A stretch of DNA of 35,140 nucleotides from an uncultured Verrucomicrobiota bacterium (lineage in GTDB: Bacteria > Verrucomicrobiota > Kiritimatiellia > RFP12 > UBA1067), in NCBI GenBank assembly GCA_946628745.1, contig CAMOXA010000002.1, positions 1 to 35,140 of the forward strand, read 5' to 3'. Shown here piece after piece: positions 19,103 to 29,015 of this stretch. Numbering within the stretch: the first letter of the stretch is position 1; each line of letters opens with the position of its first letter. The notes under the pieces were generated by a model, which saw only the letters and a list, made by a program, of their open reading frames with translations, was not told where the DNA came from and ran no database searches. The position numbers and the translations under genes are program-made.

Positions 19103-19140
19103 ATACGACTTCAATTTGACAAACAAGGAGATACAGTCCA

Positions 19141-20322
19141 ATGAATACCGAAACGAAGAAGCTGGACAAGTGCCAGGTTCAGCTCACCGTCAAGCTTGAC
19201 GCGGAAGAGATGAAAAAGATTGTGAAGGATGTCGAAAAGGCGTTCGTTCGCGAGGTGAAGGTTCCGGGGTTCCGTCCCGGCAAGGTGCCGGTCGAGCTTA
19301 TCCGCAAGGACTTTGCGCAGGGCCTGCGCGCCGAGACCGAGAAAATGATGTGCCGGCGCAACATCGCCGAGGCGATCAAAGCGGCCGCTCTCGACAGTGT
19401 CGGCGTCGCCGATGTGAAGGACGTCAAGTACGGTGCCGACGGCGGCGAGTTCACGGCCATCGTCGAGGTCAAGCCCGTCTTCAAGCTGCCCACCTACAAG
19501 GGCCTCAAGATTTCCAGAAACGACACGACGCTCAAGGAAGAAGACGTCCAGGCGCAGATCGAGCGCCTGCGCATCGCCCACGGCAAGTTCGAAGACGCCA
19601 AGGACGGCGACCTGGTGGCCGAAGGCGACTACGTGCAGATCGACTACGACGGCACCGCCGACGGCAAGCCGATCGCCGAAATAGCCCCCGAGGCCAAGAT
19701 TGTCGCTTCCGGCAAGGGCTTCTGGCTCCAGGTCGAAGAAGGGCGCTTCCTGCCCGAGATTCTCGAGGCTCTCAAGGGGATGAAGGTCGGCGAGACCAAG
19801 GAAGGCGTCAAGGCCAAGTTCGACAAAGAGGCCGCCCCAGAGCCGCTCAAGGGCGTCGAGGCGCAGTACAGTCTCGCCGTCAAGGCGCTCAGGCGCAGGA
19901 TTCTGCCGGACGACGCGGAATTAGCGAAACTCGCGAAGGCCGAATCGTTCGAAGCGCTTGTCGCCGACATGCGCAAGAAGATGCAGGCGCACGCCGACGC
20001 GCAGGAGGCCGCCCGCCGCCAAGACGAGGTCATGAACATGCTCCTCAAGAAATGCGACTTCGACGTTCCCGGCATCCAGGTCCGCAACGCGTCCGACCGC
20101 TATCTGATGGAGCTGGCCCAGCGCGCGCAGCAGACCGGACTCGACGCCAGCTACTTCGACAAGAACCGCGACCGCATCAAGAAGGACGCCGACGAGGCGG
20201 CCGAGCGGCAGGTTCGCATGTGGTACATAGTCGAGGCGATCGCCAAACAGGAGAAGATCGAGGCCGACGAAGACAGCCTCGGCCAGAAGGTCATCGAATT
20301 CATCCTCGCCAACGCGAAGTGA
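19141..20322 (+). CDS. tig: Trigger factor
   Basis: The N-terminal ribosome-binding signature is [10 protein letters not shown]. An FKBP-like middle domain includes [14 protein letters not shown]. Canonical tig-clpP-clpX synteny follows. Confidence 0.9.
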   Translation: MNTETKKLDKCQVQLTVKLDAEEMKKIVKDVEKAFVREVKVPGFRPGKVPVELIRKDFAQGLRAETEKMMCRRNIAEAIKAAALDSVGVADVKDVKYGADGGEFTAIVEVKPVFKLPTYKGLKISRNDTTLKEEDVQAQIERLRIAHGKFEDAKDGDLVAEGDYVQIDYDGTADGKPIAEIAPEAKIVASGKGFWLQVEEGRFLPEILEALKGMKVGETKEGVKAKFDKEAAPEPLKGVEAQYSLAVKALRRRILPDDAELAKLAKAESFEALVADMRKKMQAHADAQEAARRQDEVMNMLLKKCDFDVPGIQVRNASDRYLMELAQRAQQTGLDASYFDKNRDRIKKDADEAAERQVRMWYIVEAIAKQEKIEADEDSLGQKVIEFILANAK

Positions 20323-20329
20323 GGTGGGC

Positions 20330-20914
20330 ATGAAATCGTATATGGTACCGTATGTGGTCGAGCAGACCGGAAAGGGCGAGCGGACGTATGACATATACTC
20401 GCGGCTTCTGCTCGACCGTATCGTGTTCGTGTCGGGCGAAGTCAACGACGAAATGGCTAACGCCGTCTGCGCCCAGTTGCTCTTTCTGCAGTCCCAGGAC
20501 CAGAAAAAGGAGATAAGCGTCTACATCAACTCGCCGGGCGGCAGCGTCACGGCGGGGCTCGCGATCTACGACACCATGCAGTTCGTCAAGTGCCCGGTGG
20601 CCACTTACTGCATCGGGCAGGCCGCTTCGATGGGCGCCGTCCTGCTCGCGGCGGGAGCGAAGGGCCGGCGTTTCGCTCTGCCCAACTCCCGCATAATGAT
20701 CCACCAGCCGTGGGGCGGCGCGGAGGGCAAGGCCAGCGATATCGAAATCACCGCGCGCGAGATTCTTCGCCTGAAGGAAATCCTCAACGGCATCCTCGCG
20801 AAACACTCCGGCAAGAAGATGGAAGATGTCGTCAAGGATACCGACCGCGACCACTTCATGTCCGCGGCGGAAGCCCAGGAATGGGGTCTCGTGGACAAAG
20901 TGGTAGAGGTTTGA
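20330..20914 (+). CDS. clpP: ATP-dependent Clp protease proteolytic subunit
   Basis: Motifs are [33 protein letters not shown] (catalytic Ser), IMIHQP (His) and [10 protein letters not shown] (Asp). I chose the ATG at 20330. The track start at 20324 is an in-frame GTG two codons upstream. Confidence 0.95.
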   Translation: MKSYMVPYVVEQTGKGERTYDIYSRLLLDRIVFVSGEVNDEMANAVCAQLLFLQSQDQKKEISVYINSPGGSVTAGLAIYDTMQFVKCPVATYCIGQAASMGAVLLAAGAKGRRFALPNSRIMIHQPWGGAEGKASDIEITAREILRLKEILNGILAKHSGKKMEDVVKDTDRDHFMSAAEAQEWGLVDKVVEV

Positions 20915-20916
20915 GC

Positions 20917-22146
20917 ATGAAGGAGATATACTGCTCGTTCTGCGGACGCAGCTCGAAGGAAGTCTCGATGATTCCCGGGCCCGACGCGAACATATGCGTC
21001 GACTGCGTGCGGCACGCCAGCGAGATGATCGATCGCCACGCGAAGTCCAACGCCGCCAAGACGCCGCCCATGCCGCCGACGCCGTCGCCGCGGGAGATCA
21101 AGGCGTTCCTCGACCAGTACGTCATAGGCCACGACGAGACGAAGAAGGTGCTTTCCGTCGCGGTCCACAACCACTACCGCCGCCTTGAGGCGGCCTTGGT
21201 GCGGGACAAGACCGCCAAAGGCGCGAAGGCCGCGAAGGCCGACGAGTTCGACGGCGTCGAAATCGAGAAGTCGAACATATTGCTGCTCGGCCCGACCGGC
21301 ACCGGCAAGACGCTTCTCGCCCGCACGCTCGCCAAGATGCTCGGCGTCCCGTTCGCGATTGGCGACGCGACGGTTCTCACCCAGGCGGGCTATGTCGGCG
21401 AGGACGTCGAGAACCTCGTCAGGTATCTTCTGCAGAACGCCGACGGCGACGTCGAACTCGCCAAGCGCGGCATAATCTACGTGGACGAAATCGACAAGAT
21501 AGCCTCCAAGACCGACAACGTCTCGATAACCCGCGACGTATCTGGCGAAGGCGTGCAGCAGGCGCTGCTCAAGATTGTCGAAGGCACCGTCTGCCGCATC
21601 CCGCCGAAGGGCGGGCGCAAGCACCCCGATCAGGAGTACATCGAAGTCGACACGACCAACATACTCTTTATCTGCGGCGGCGCTTTCGTCGGCCTCGACA
21701 AGATCGTCGGCGAGCGCACCGGCCGCCGCCAGATCGGCTTCGGGGCTGAGTCCGGCGACGCCGCCGCCGTCGGGACGCCCGACATCCGCCCCGAAGACCT
21801 GGTCAAGTTCGGCCTCATACCCGAGTTTACCGGCCGCCTGCCGATTATAACGGCAATGAAGGAACTTTCCGAAGACGATCTCGTGCGAGTCCTTTCCGAG
21901 CCGAAGAATTCGCTCGTCAAGCAGTACCGCAAGCTCCTCGCCATGGACGGTGTAAATCTCGAGTTCGAGCCCGACGCGCTCAAGGCCCTCGCCAGAAAGG
22001 CCCTCGAGAGAAAGACGGGCGCGCGCGGACTGCGCGCCGAAATGGAGCGGCTTATGACCGATATCATGTACGAGGCCCCAGGCAACGCGTCCATGTCAAA
22101 TGTCGTCGTTACGCCGAAGATGATAGAAGAGAAGTTGGGCAAGTGA
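20917..22146 (+). CDS. clpX: ATP-dependent Clp protease ATP-binding subunit ClpX
   Basis: The zinc-binding N-terminus is CSFCGR...CVDC. Other motifs are [14 protein letters not shown] (Walker A), [10 protein letters not shown] (Walker B), [11 protein letters not shown] and TGARGLR. The upstream part of the long track ORF overlaps clpP out of context. Confidence 0.95.
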   Translation: MKEIYCSFCGRSSKEVSMIPGPDANICVDCVRHASEMIDRHAKSNAAKTPPMPPTPSPREIKAFLDQYVIGHDETKKVLSVAVHNHYRRLEAALVRDKTAKGAKAAKADEFDGVEIEKSNILLLGPTGTGKTLLARTLAKMLGVPFAIGDATVLTQAGYVGEDVENLVRYLLQNADGDVELAKRGIIYVDEIDKIASKTDNVSITRDVSGEGVQQALLKIVEGTVCRIPPKGGRKHPDQEYIEVDTTNILFICGGAFVGLDKIVGERTGRRQIGFGAESGDAAAVGTPDIRPEDLVKFGLIPEFTGRLPIITAMKELSEDDLVRVLSEPKNSLVKQYRKLLAMDGVNLEFEPDALKALARKALERKTGARGLRAEMERLMTDIMYEAPGNASMSNVVVTPKMIEEKLGK

Positions 22147-22147
22147 A

Positions 22148-22474
22148 ATGCATCTGACAATCTTAAAGTCCAAGCTGCACAGAATACGCGTCACCGAGTC
22201 GTGTCTCGACTACGAAGGTTCGCTCACGCTCGATCCCGACGACATGGAAGCCGTCGGCATCGTCCCCTACGAGAAGATACTTTGCGCCGATGTCGAAAAC
22301 GGCGCGCGCTTCGAGACGTACGCGATCGAGGGGCGCCGCGGCAGCCGCGTCTGCTGCCTGAACGGCGCTGCCGCCCATATGGGCAAGGTCGGCGACCGGC
22401 TGATAGTCATGGCGTTCGCGAGCATGACCCCCGAAGAGGCCCGCGGCTTTTCCCCGAAGGTGAAGCATTTCTGA
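22148..22474 (+). CDS. panD: Aspartate 1-decarboxylase proenzyme
   Basis: MHLTILKSKLHRIRVTESCLDYEGSLTLD places the self-processing Gly24-Ser25 at the canonical position. Downstream blocks are FETYAI.G..GS..CCLNGAAAH.G..GD.LI. Confidence 0.9.
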   Translation: MHLTILKSKLHRIRVTESCLDYEGSLTLDPDDMEAVGIVPYEKILCADVENGARFETYAIEGRRGSRVCCLNGAAAHMGKVGDRLIVMAFASMTPEEARGFSPKVKHF

Positions 22475-22490
22475 CGCGACCAGCACCGCA

Positions 22491-23756
22491 GTGACAGCCG
22501 CTCTGCCAGTCCTCGCCGCGCTCTTCCTGCTTTCGGCTTTCTTCTCGGGTTCCGAGACGATTCTCTTCTCGCTTACCGGCGTGCAGCGCTCGCGCATCCG
22601 CTCCCGGTCGAGAACGGCCGACGACGCCATAGCCAAGTGCCTCGACGACTCCGCCATGCTGCTTTCGACGCTGCTCGTCGGCAACACTCTTGTCAACTTC
22701 GCGATAGCGACGGTCGGCTACGGACTCTTCGCCCGGCTCTTCCCGCCGTGGGGAGGTTTCGCGGCGGTTCCCGTCATGACCGTACTGCTGCTGCTTTTCG
22801 GCGAGATAACCCCGAAGCGCCTCGCGCTTAAATACGCCGAGCGTCTCGCGCCGTGCTGTGCGCGCTTCCTTCTTTTCTGGCGCACCGTCCTCAAGCCGGT
22901 CAACTTCGCGTTCCGCTTCTCGGCGCGCGCGTTTTCCGGCGCTGTCGAGCGCGAACGCAGGGCGCTTTCGGACGCGGAGCTCGTTTCCGTCCTCGAAGTC
23001 GCCGCCGAGAGGGGTGATTTCGCGGCCGAGGACGCGGAGATGATCGCGGGGGTGCTGAGACTTTCGGAGCTTCACGCGAACGACGAGATGACGCCGCGCG
23101 TCGACATCGAAGGCTTTGATTCTGACTACCCCGACCATGTGCGCGCCGAACGCCTCAAAAGCGCGCGCCACCATTACCTGCCGGTCTTCCGCCGCACGCC
23201 CGACGCGATCGAGGGCATCATAGATTCCAGGACTGGCAAGATTGAACCCGCGCTGTTCGTTCCCGAACAGGTCACGCTCGACGACCTTCTCGTCACGCTC
23301 CGCAAGTCCGGCAAGCCTATGGCGGTCGTGACCGACGAGTACGGCGGCACGGCCGGTATAATAACGCTAAACGATGTTATGGAGCTCGTGCTGGGTCCTG
23401 CCGTCTTCGGCGACAGCGCCGGCGACGAGCCGCAGATCGTCCAGAAGTCGCGCAGGACGTGGATAATCGACGGACGCGCCTCGCTCGACGAGATCAACCG
23501 CGAACTCGGCCTCGAGCTTGAGGCCGAAGACGCCGACAGGCTCTCGGGCTGGATCGCCTACCATGCCGAGCGCATCCCCCATGTCGGCCAGCAGATCGAG
23601 GCGCAGGGGTGCCGCGCCACGATTCTCAAGCGCCGCCGCCGCCGCGTCACGCTCGTCAAACTCGAGATCCTCGAATATCCCGAGACTGACACAGACGCCG
23701 AACTCATCGCCGAGACCGACGAGCAGGTCGAAAAGACCGAGGAGGAGAACTCGTGA
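22491..23756 (+). CDS. CNNM/CorC-HlyC family transporter (DUF21 TM domain, CBS pair and CorC_HlyC C-terminal domain)
   Basis: GTG start at 22491. Motifs are FFSGSETILFSL, LLVGNTLVN and LLLFGEITPKRLA. The CBS region includes MTPRVDI...MAVVTDEYGGTAGIITLNDVME. The C-terminal block is WIIDGRASLDEINRELG. Confidence 0.85.
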   Translation: MTAALPVLAALFLLSAFFSGSETILFSLTGVQRSRIRSRSRTADDAIAKCLDDSAMLLSTLLVGNTLVNFAIATVGYGLFARLFPPWGGFAAVPVMTVLLLLFGEITPKRLALKYAERLAPCCARFLLFWRTVLKPVNFAFRFSARAFSGAVERERRALSDAELVSVLEVAAERGDFAAEDAEMIAGVLRLSELHANDEMTPRVDIEGFDSDYPDHVRAERLKSARHHYLPVFRRTPDAIEGIIDSRTGKIEPALFVPEQVTLDDLLVTLRKSGKPMAVVTDEYGGTAGIITLNDVMELVLGPAVFGDSAGDEPQIVQKSRRTWIIDGRASLDEINRELGLELEAEDADRLSGWIAYHAERIPHVGQQIEAQGCRATILKRRRRRVTLVKLEILEYPETDTDAELIAETDEQVEKTEEENS

Positions 23757-24397
23757 CCGTCTCGCTGCTGCTCGCCCTGTCGATGGCGCTCTCTCTCGTT
23801 CTCGCCGCGTTCTGCGCCGGCGTCGAGACCGGCTTTTTCAGCGTCAACCGCGGGCGCATCCTGCACCTCGTCCGCGAAGGCAGCGCCGCGGCGAAGGTTC
23901 TGCAGAAGGCGCTTTCGAACATGTCCTCGACGCTTACGTCGCTGCTCGTCGGCAACAATCTCGCGGCCGTTGCGTTCTCGGCATCCTCGGCCGCGCTCTC
24001 GGCGCGCGTCGTCGGCGAGTCCGCCGCGGGCCGCACGGCCTGGTCTGTCGCCGCGGCGTTCACGGTCCTCTACCTGAGCGAGTTCGTGCCGAAGCTTTTC
24101 TTCTCGTCGCGTCCGCTCTCGAGGCTCGTCAAGGCCGCCCCCGCTTTCGGAGTGTTCTACGCGGTGCTGAGACCGCTCACCGCGGTCGCCGCGTGGCTGA
24201 CCGGACTGTTCGTGCCGAAAGGCGAGCAGAAGTACAAGGTGACTGCGAACGATATTCTCGGCATCCTCCAGGACAGGAAGGACGGGGTGCGCCTCACGGA
24301 TTTCGAATCGGCGCTCATATCGCGAATCCTCGTCATGCGCCGCAAGGGCGAGCCGATTACAGTCGAAGGTCTTCTCGCCGCGCTCGACGACGAATGA
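23753..24397 (+). CDS. DUF21 (CNNM transmembrane) domain-only protein, 214 aa
   Basis: The GTG start overlaps the upstream TGA (GTGA at 23753-23756). Motifs are FCAGVETGFFSV, LLVGNNLAAV and LYLSEFVPKLFF. The short tail shows no CBS or CorC domain. Confidence 0.7.
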   Translation: MTVSLLLALSMALSLVLAAFCAGVETGFFSVNRGRILHLVREGSAAAKVLQKALSNMSSTLTSLLVGNNLAAVAFSASSAALSARVVGESAAGRTAWSVAAAFTVLYLSEFVPKLFFSSRPLSRLVKAAPAFGVFYAVLRPLTAVAAWLTGLFVPKGEQKYKVTANDILGILQDRKDGVRLTDFESALISRILVMRRKGEPITVEGLLAALDDE

Positions 24398-24426
24398 CCG
24401 CCAAACCGCCGCAAGGAGAAAAGACA

Positions 24427-25170
24427 GTGAAAAACATGAAAGAAACGGACCTGGCGAAATACATAGACCACACGTTCCTCAAGCCCGCGGGCGACCTCGG
24501 CGCGATCGAGCGGCTTTGCCGCGAGGCGGCCGTGTACGGCTTCGCGTCCGTGTGCGTCAACCCGGCCGAAGTCGCCGCCGCGAAGCGGCTCCTGGCGAAT
24601 ACGTCTGTAAAGGTATGCACCGTCGTCGACTTCCCGCTCGGCGCGGCCACCTGGGAGTCCAAAGCCCTGCAGATGGAGCTGGCTTGCAAAGACGGCGCGG
24701 ACGAGTGCGACATCGTGGTCGACATCCGCCGGCTCCAGGCCGCCGCGGACGGCGACGCGGCATCGCGCGAAAATCTGGAGGCCGGCCTCGCTCTTTGCGT
24801 CAGGCGCGCCGCCGACATGGCCGCGCGACGCGCCGGCGGCGTCGTTCTCAAGCTGATTCTCGAATGCTGCTTTCTCTCGGATGCCGCGAAGGTTCTCGGC
24901 TGCAAGATGGCGAAGGCGGCGGGATTCGATTTCGTGAAGACGTCGACCGGTTTCGGTCCGGGCGGCGCGACGGTGAATGACGTCCGGCTCATGCGCGAAA
25001 CCGTCGGCTCTGGGATGGGCGTCAAAGCCGCCGGCGGCATTCGCACCCGCGAAGACGCCCTCGCGATGATAGCGGCCGGCGCCGACCGTCTGGGCTGTTC
25101 GGCGAGCATCGCCATAGTCGGCGGCCGGAGCGGTGGAAATCCCGCGGAACCGGGCCGATTTTGCACTTGA
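24427..25170 (+). CDS. deoC: Deoxyribose-phosphate aldolase
   Basis: Motifs are IDHTFLKP, ASVCVNP, VCTVVDFPLG, KLILE, FDFVKTSTGF (Schiff-base Lys block) and GVKAAGGIR. AGGAG at 24414-24418 is 8 nt from the GTG at 24427. The first ATG, at 24436, is the alternative start. Confidence 0.88.
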   Translation: MKNMKETDLAKYIDHTFLKPAGDLGAIERLCREAAVYGFASVCVNPAEVAAAKRLLANTSVKVCTVVDFPLGAATWESKALQMELACKDGADECDIVVDIRRLQAAADGDAASRENLEAGLALCVRRAADMAARRAGGVVLKLILECCFLSDAAKVLGCKMAKAAGFDFVKTSTGFGPGGATVNDVRLMRETVGSGMGVKAAGGIRTREDALAMIAAGADRLGCSASIAIVGGRSGGNPAEPGRFCT

Positions 25171-25196
25171 TTTACCCGCGTCCAATCGGGTATAAT
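25167..25196 (+). promoter_or_regulatory. Candidate sigma70-type promoter (TTGATT-18 nt-TATAAT) upstream of the transglutaminase-like gene
   Basis: TTGATT at 25167-25172 and a perfect TATAAT at 25191-25196 lie in the 65-nt deoC-downstream spacer. The -10 is embedded in the near-palindrome CGGGTATAATACCCG. Confidence 0.35.
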
Positions 25197-25235
25197 ACCC
25201 GCCTGCAATCCACAGGATAGGGGAAGAACGAAGAG

Positions 25236-28200
25236 ATGGCAAACGAAATGACGAAATTGACGGCGCTGGTCGCCGGTATCGCCTTGGCAACAACCGCGTT
25301 CGCGGCGTTTGACGACATAACCGTCGAGAAATATCCCGACGCCGACGCGGTGCTCGTCGACGGTCTGGAGGAAATAACGTACAATCCTGACGGCACCTAC
25401 GTGTCGACCGACACGAGCGTCGTCAAGATTCTCACCGAGAAGGGCCGCCGCGAAGAAAGCGAGATAGAGCTCGGCTACAGCGCGCGCTACGGCAAGTCGG
25501 AGGTTCTTCGCGTCAGCGTGACCGGCGCGGACGGGCAGGAGCGCGAAATCGACGTGTCGAAGACGACGAAGGAATCGACCGACAATTCGTCCGAGGCCGA
25601 GAATATCTACGACCCCATGCATAAAAAGGTCGTTTGCACCATCCCCGGCCTCAAGGTCGGCGACGTCATACGCTACACGACGCGCCGCAGCGTCTTCAAG
25701 TCCCGCATCAAGGACCAGTTCGCGGATATCGCGGTCATGGAATGGAAAAGCCCGATCGTCCGCCAGACGGTGCGCGTCACGGCGCCGAAAGAGCGTCCGC
25801 TGCGCCGCATAGCCGTGCGCAATCCGCTGGGCAATGTGGACTACAAGACCGAGGAGCTGCCCGGCGGCAAGACGCTGCACACCTGGGTCGCGACGAACAC
25901 TCCCCAGGTGTTCGAAGAACCCGATACGCCGCCGCTCTACACGCTCGTGCAGAATGTCCGGTTCTCGACGGCGGCCGACTGGGAGGAGATTTCGCGCTGG
26001 TACTGGGACCTCAGCCAGGAGCATCTCGCGAAGGCCAACGCCGGCATAACCAACAAAGTCGAAGAGATTGCAAAGAGCGGCGGACCTGCCCTGAACGCGA
26101 TCTACAAATGGGTCGCGCAGGAGATACGGTACATGGGGCTGACCATGGAAGACACGTCGCCCGGCTACGCGCCGCACGATGTGGACATCACCTTCGAGAA
26201 CCGCTACGGCGTCTGCCGCGACAAGGCGGCGCTTCTCGTCGCGATGCTTCGCATAGCCGGCTACGAGGCCTTCCCGGTTCTCATACACGCCGGCGCGAAG
26301 ATGGACCCCGAAGTCCCCATGCCTTACTTCAACCACGCGATCGCGGCGGTCCGTGCGCCCGGCGACCCGGCCGCGAACAAGGACGGCTTCATACTGATGG
26401 ATCCGACGAACGAATCGAGCGCCGACCTCTGCCCCGCCTATCTCGGCGACAAGTCCTATCTCGTGGCCACTCCAGAAGGCGAGCCGCTGCACACCTCGCC
26501 GGTCTATCCGGCGGACGCGAACGCATTGAAGGCCGACAGCAAGGCGACGCTGGAGCGCGACGGCTCGATGGTCGTCGAAAGCGTGCTGGATTTCAGCGGA
26601 CTTAACGACAATGCGTACCGCCAGGCTCTTCTGAGGCGCAAGCCCGAAGAGCGCCGCCGCCTCTTCGAGCGCGTGGTCTCGTCCGCCGCGGCCGGCGCCG
26701 AGCTGCTCTCGTTCGAGATGTGGCCCAAGGACCTGCGCGAGACAGAGAGCCTGCTCAAGATCAAATTGATGTACCGCGTCAACGAGTCGGTGCTGCGCGG
26801 CGAGAGCCGCGACGAACTCACGGTGCCGTTCCTGACGCGCGTGCTCGGCACCGTCAACTGGGCGCTTTCGGGCAATACGTCGCTCGAGAAAAGGCGCTTC
26901 CCGCTCGTTCTCGACTCGACGGCCAAGACGGTCGAGACCGTGAGCGTCGACCTGGGCGGAGCGCTGGGCGGCAAGGCCCGCCTGCCCGAGCCTGTGGCCT
27001 TCAGCGGACCGTACGAATACAGCCGCGCCTACGCCGTCTCCGACGGCACGCTTCTCGCCCGGCGCACTCTCGCCGTGAACGCCGTGGAGTTCTCGCCTGC
27101 GGAATACGCCGCGCTGCGCGAGGACATAAAGCGGGTCGAGGCGGCGGACCGCCCGCGGCCCGTCTTCACGAAGAATCCGGACGCCGAGGCGAACGTCCAC
27201 TACCGCCTTGTCGAATCCGCCTACCATCTGTCCAGCCCGTATTCATGGGTCGCCACGAACAAAGTCGAGATGGAGGTTCTCACATACGACGGGAAGAAGA
27301 GTTCGGCGGAACTGAAGTTCGCCTTCAATCCCGAATGGAAGAACGTCGAGCTTGTGTCGGCGGTCGTTTCGAACAAGAACGGCCAGGTGTCCGCCGCGGG
27401 CGAGCGCGAGATGTCGCTCTTCGATTGCGGATGGGCGGCCGCCGCGCCGCGCTATCCCGCGTCGAAGCAGCTTGTCGTGAACCTGCCTTCGGTCGAAATC
27501 GGCAGCGTGATAACCTACACGACCGTCACAACGGTGAACGGATCCCCCGCGCCGTTCTACGCGACATGGATGTTCGACGTTCGCGAACCCACCGATGTCC
27601 TGTCTGTCGGCTACCGCGACTGGATGGGCGGCAACTTCGACGAAACAGTGCGCAACCCGAAAATGCTGCCTGCCGAGCCCATGCAGCCCGCCGGCGAACT
27701 GTGGCGCAGGACGCGCACCGTCTCGCACGGCAATTTCGCCGAGGCCGCCGAACGCCTCAAGGCGGCGACCGCTGTGTCCCCTGTCCGCAAGGGCGAGGCA
27801 ATCGCCGACGCGGCGAAGTGCGACACCCCGGCCGGCAAAATCGCCGCGGTCCGGAACTGGATGTCGAAGCACGTGAGAATCGCCGGACCGTCGCTTTATG
27901 AAGTGCCGCTCGCCGCCCAGCAGACCGACCCCGGGGCGGTGCTCGCCGAGCGCTACGCCTCGCGCCTCGACTACATACGTACGATGTGCGCTCTCATGAA
28001 GGGCGCAGGACTCGAGGCCGATGTCGTCTTCGCCGCGAACGACGCTCTCGACAGCGAGGCCATGCGCCGCCGCCACGTCGCCGAGCGCCAGACCTCGCGC
28101 TTCGCGATACCGCTGTGCCGCGTGACTGTCAAGCGCGGCTGGTGGCTCTGGTCCGAGACGGAAACATTCTTTGTCGGCACCGAGAACGAGTACACGCCGG

Positions 28201-28961
28201 TCGGCGCTTCGCCGTACGACGGCTCGTACTGCCTCGTGCCCGAAAGCGGAACAATCGAGACGATTCGCGAGGGGGCTTTCAAGTCCGCGGTCGTGAACAG
28301 TTACTCTATCGGCGTTCGCGAAAACGGCGCGATTGACGTGGACTACGCGAGCGAACTGTACGGACCCGGCGTCGGGTCGTTCCGCAAGCAGTATATAGAG
28401 ATGCTCTCCGAAGACCGCAGCCGCCACTTCCAGGAGCTGCTGGGCGGGCTCTCCCAGGCGGCGAGCGCGACTCGCGATCTGGTGACGGACACCGAAGGCT
28501 ACCCCGCCAGAATGTCGTTCAGCGCGTTCGTGCCGGACTATGCGACGGTGTCGGGCGACACGATAACGATCGTCCTGCCCGAAATCGGCTCGCGGCTCTT
28601 CCAGCTGACGGGGACTGTCCGCGAGAGCCCCCTCGGCGTGGGCGCGAAATCCGGCGACGGCACGACTGTGATAGAGACCGTGTTCCCGGCAGGTTACACC
28701 GAAGTCGAGCACCTGCCGAACGAGTTCGTCTTTTCGGAGACGTTCGCGACTGCTGATTCCCGCACCGGGGCGAAGCTGCGCCAGCTCAAAGTCTCCACCC
28801 GGCTGGACGAGAAGGGCCGGCTCGTGGTGACGGTCGTCGAACGCTCGCCCGAACATGCGGCGGGAATGCTGCCGGCGGACCGGTTCGCGTTGCTTAAGGA
28901 TTGGTCGCGTCTCGCGTCGAGCCGCGCCAACCGCACGATAGTCGTCCGCAAGCCGCAGTAG
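25236..28961 (+). CDS. Secreted DUF3857 / transglutaminase-like cysteine-protease-fold protein, internally duplicated (1241 aa)
   Basis: The signal peptide is LTALVAGIALATTAFAA. The transglutaminase core has YGVCRDKAALLVAMLRIAGYEA (Cys327, nt 26214-26216), FNHAIAAV (His) and ILMDPTN (Asp). A second DUF3857-like beta region starts near nt 27200, followed by a degenerate core, RLDYIRTMCALMKGAGLEA. Confidence 0.8.
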   Translation: MANEMTKLTALVAGIALATTAFAAFDDITVEKYPDADAVLVDGLEEITYNPDGTYVSTDTSVVKILTEKGRREESEIELGYSARYGKSEVLRVSVTGADGQEREIDVSKTTKESTDNSSEAENIYDPMHKKVVCTIPGLKVGDVIRYTTRRSVFKSRIKDQFADIAVMEWKSPIVRQTVRVTAPKERPLRRIAVRNPLGNVDYKTEELPGGKTLHTWVATNTPQVFEEPDTPPLYTLVQNVRFSTAADWEEISRWYWDLSQEHLAKANAGITNKVEEIAKSGGPALNAIYKWVAQEIRYMGLTMEDTSPGYAPHDVDITFENRYGVCRDKAALLVAMLRIAGYEAFPVLIHAGAKMDPEVPMPYFNHAIAAVRAPGDPAANKDGFILMDPTNESSADLCPAYLGDKSYLVATPEGEPLHTSPVYPADANALKADSKATLERDGSMVVESVLDFSGLNDNAYRQALLRRKPEERRRLFERVVSSAAAGAELLSFEMWPKDLRETESLLKIKLMYRVNESVLRGESRDELTVPFLTRVLGTVNWALSGNTSLEKRRFPLVLDSTAKTVETVSVDLGGALGGKARLPEPVAFSGPYEYSRAYAVSDGTLLARRTLAVNAVEFSPAEYAALREDIKRVEAADRPRPVFTKNPDAEANVHYRLVESAYHLSSPYSWVATNKVEMEVLTYDGKKSSAELKFAFNPEWKNVELVSAVVSNKNGQVSAAGEREMSLFDCGWAAAAPRYPASKQLVVNLPSVEIGSVITYTTVTTVNGSPAPFYATWMFDVREPTDVLSVGYRDWMGGNFDETVRNPKMLPAEPMQPAGELWRRTRTVSHGNFAEAAERLKAATAVSPVRKGEAIADAAKCDTPAGKIAAVRNWMSKHVRIAGPSLYEVPLAAQQTDPGAVLAERYASRLDYIRTMCALMKGAGLEADVVFAANDALDSEAMRRRHVAERQTSRFAIPLCRVTVKRGWWLWSETETFFVGTENEYTPVGASPYDGSYCLVPESGTIETIREGAFKSAVVNSYSIGVRENGAIDVDYASELYGPGVGSFRKQYIEMLSEDRSRHFQELLGGLSQAASATRDLVTDTEGYPARMSFSAFVPDYATVSGDTITIVLPEIGSRLFQLTGTVRESPLGVGAKSGDGTTVIETVFPAGYTEVEHLPNEFVFSETFATADSRTGAKLRQLKVSTRLDEKGRLVVTVVERSPEHAAGMLPADRFALLKDWSRLASSRANRTIVVRKPQ

Positions 28962-28998
28962 CTCCGTCGAATTATCGAATCACGGCGTCAGGAAAATA

Positions 28999-29007
28999 TG
29001 GTATAAT
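28999..29007 (+). promoter_or_regulatory. Candidate extended -10 promoter (TGgTATAAT) immediately upstream of the short secretin gene
   Basis: The match to TGnTATAAT is perfect. Its 3' end is only 8 nt from the ATG at 29016, and there is no Shine-Dalgarno between them. Confidence 0.4.
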
Positions 29008-29015
29008 ATAACTGG

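Noticed and set aside
19061-19140. Possible Rho-independent terminator or small RNA in the recA-tig spacer
   Set aside because: Only a weak, mismatched stem (CCAATTCGCGCGCCGGATTTGG) with no following T-tract is present. At 80 nt, and holding a ribosome-binding site and a -10-like element, the spacer is better explained as the tig leader and promoter.
19350-20333. 327-aa plus-strand alternative-frame ORF inside tig (extremely Arg/Gly-rich)
   Set aside because: It overlaps trigger factor almost completely in a different frame. Its composition is typical of an off-frame GC-rich translation, and nothing supports dual coding.
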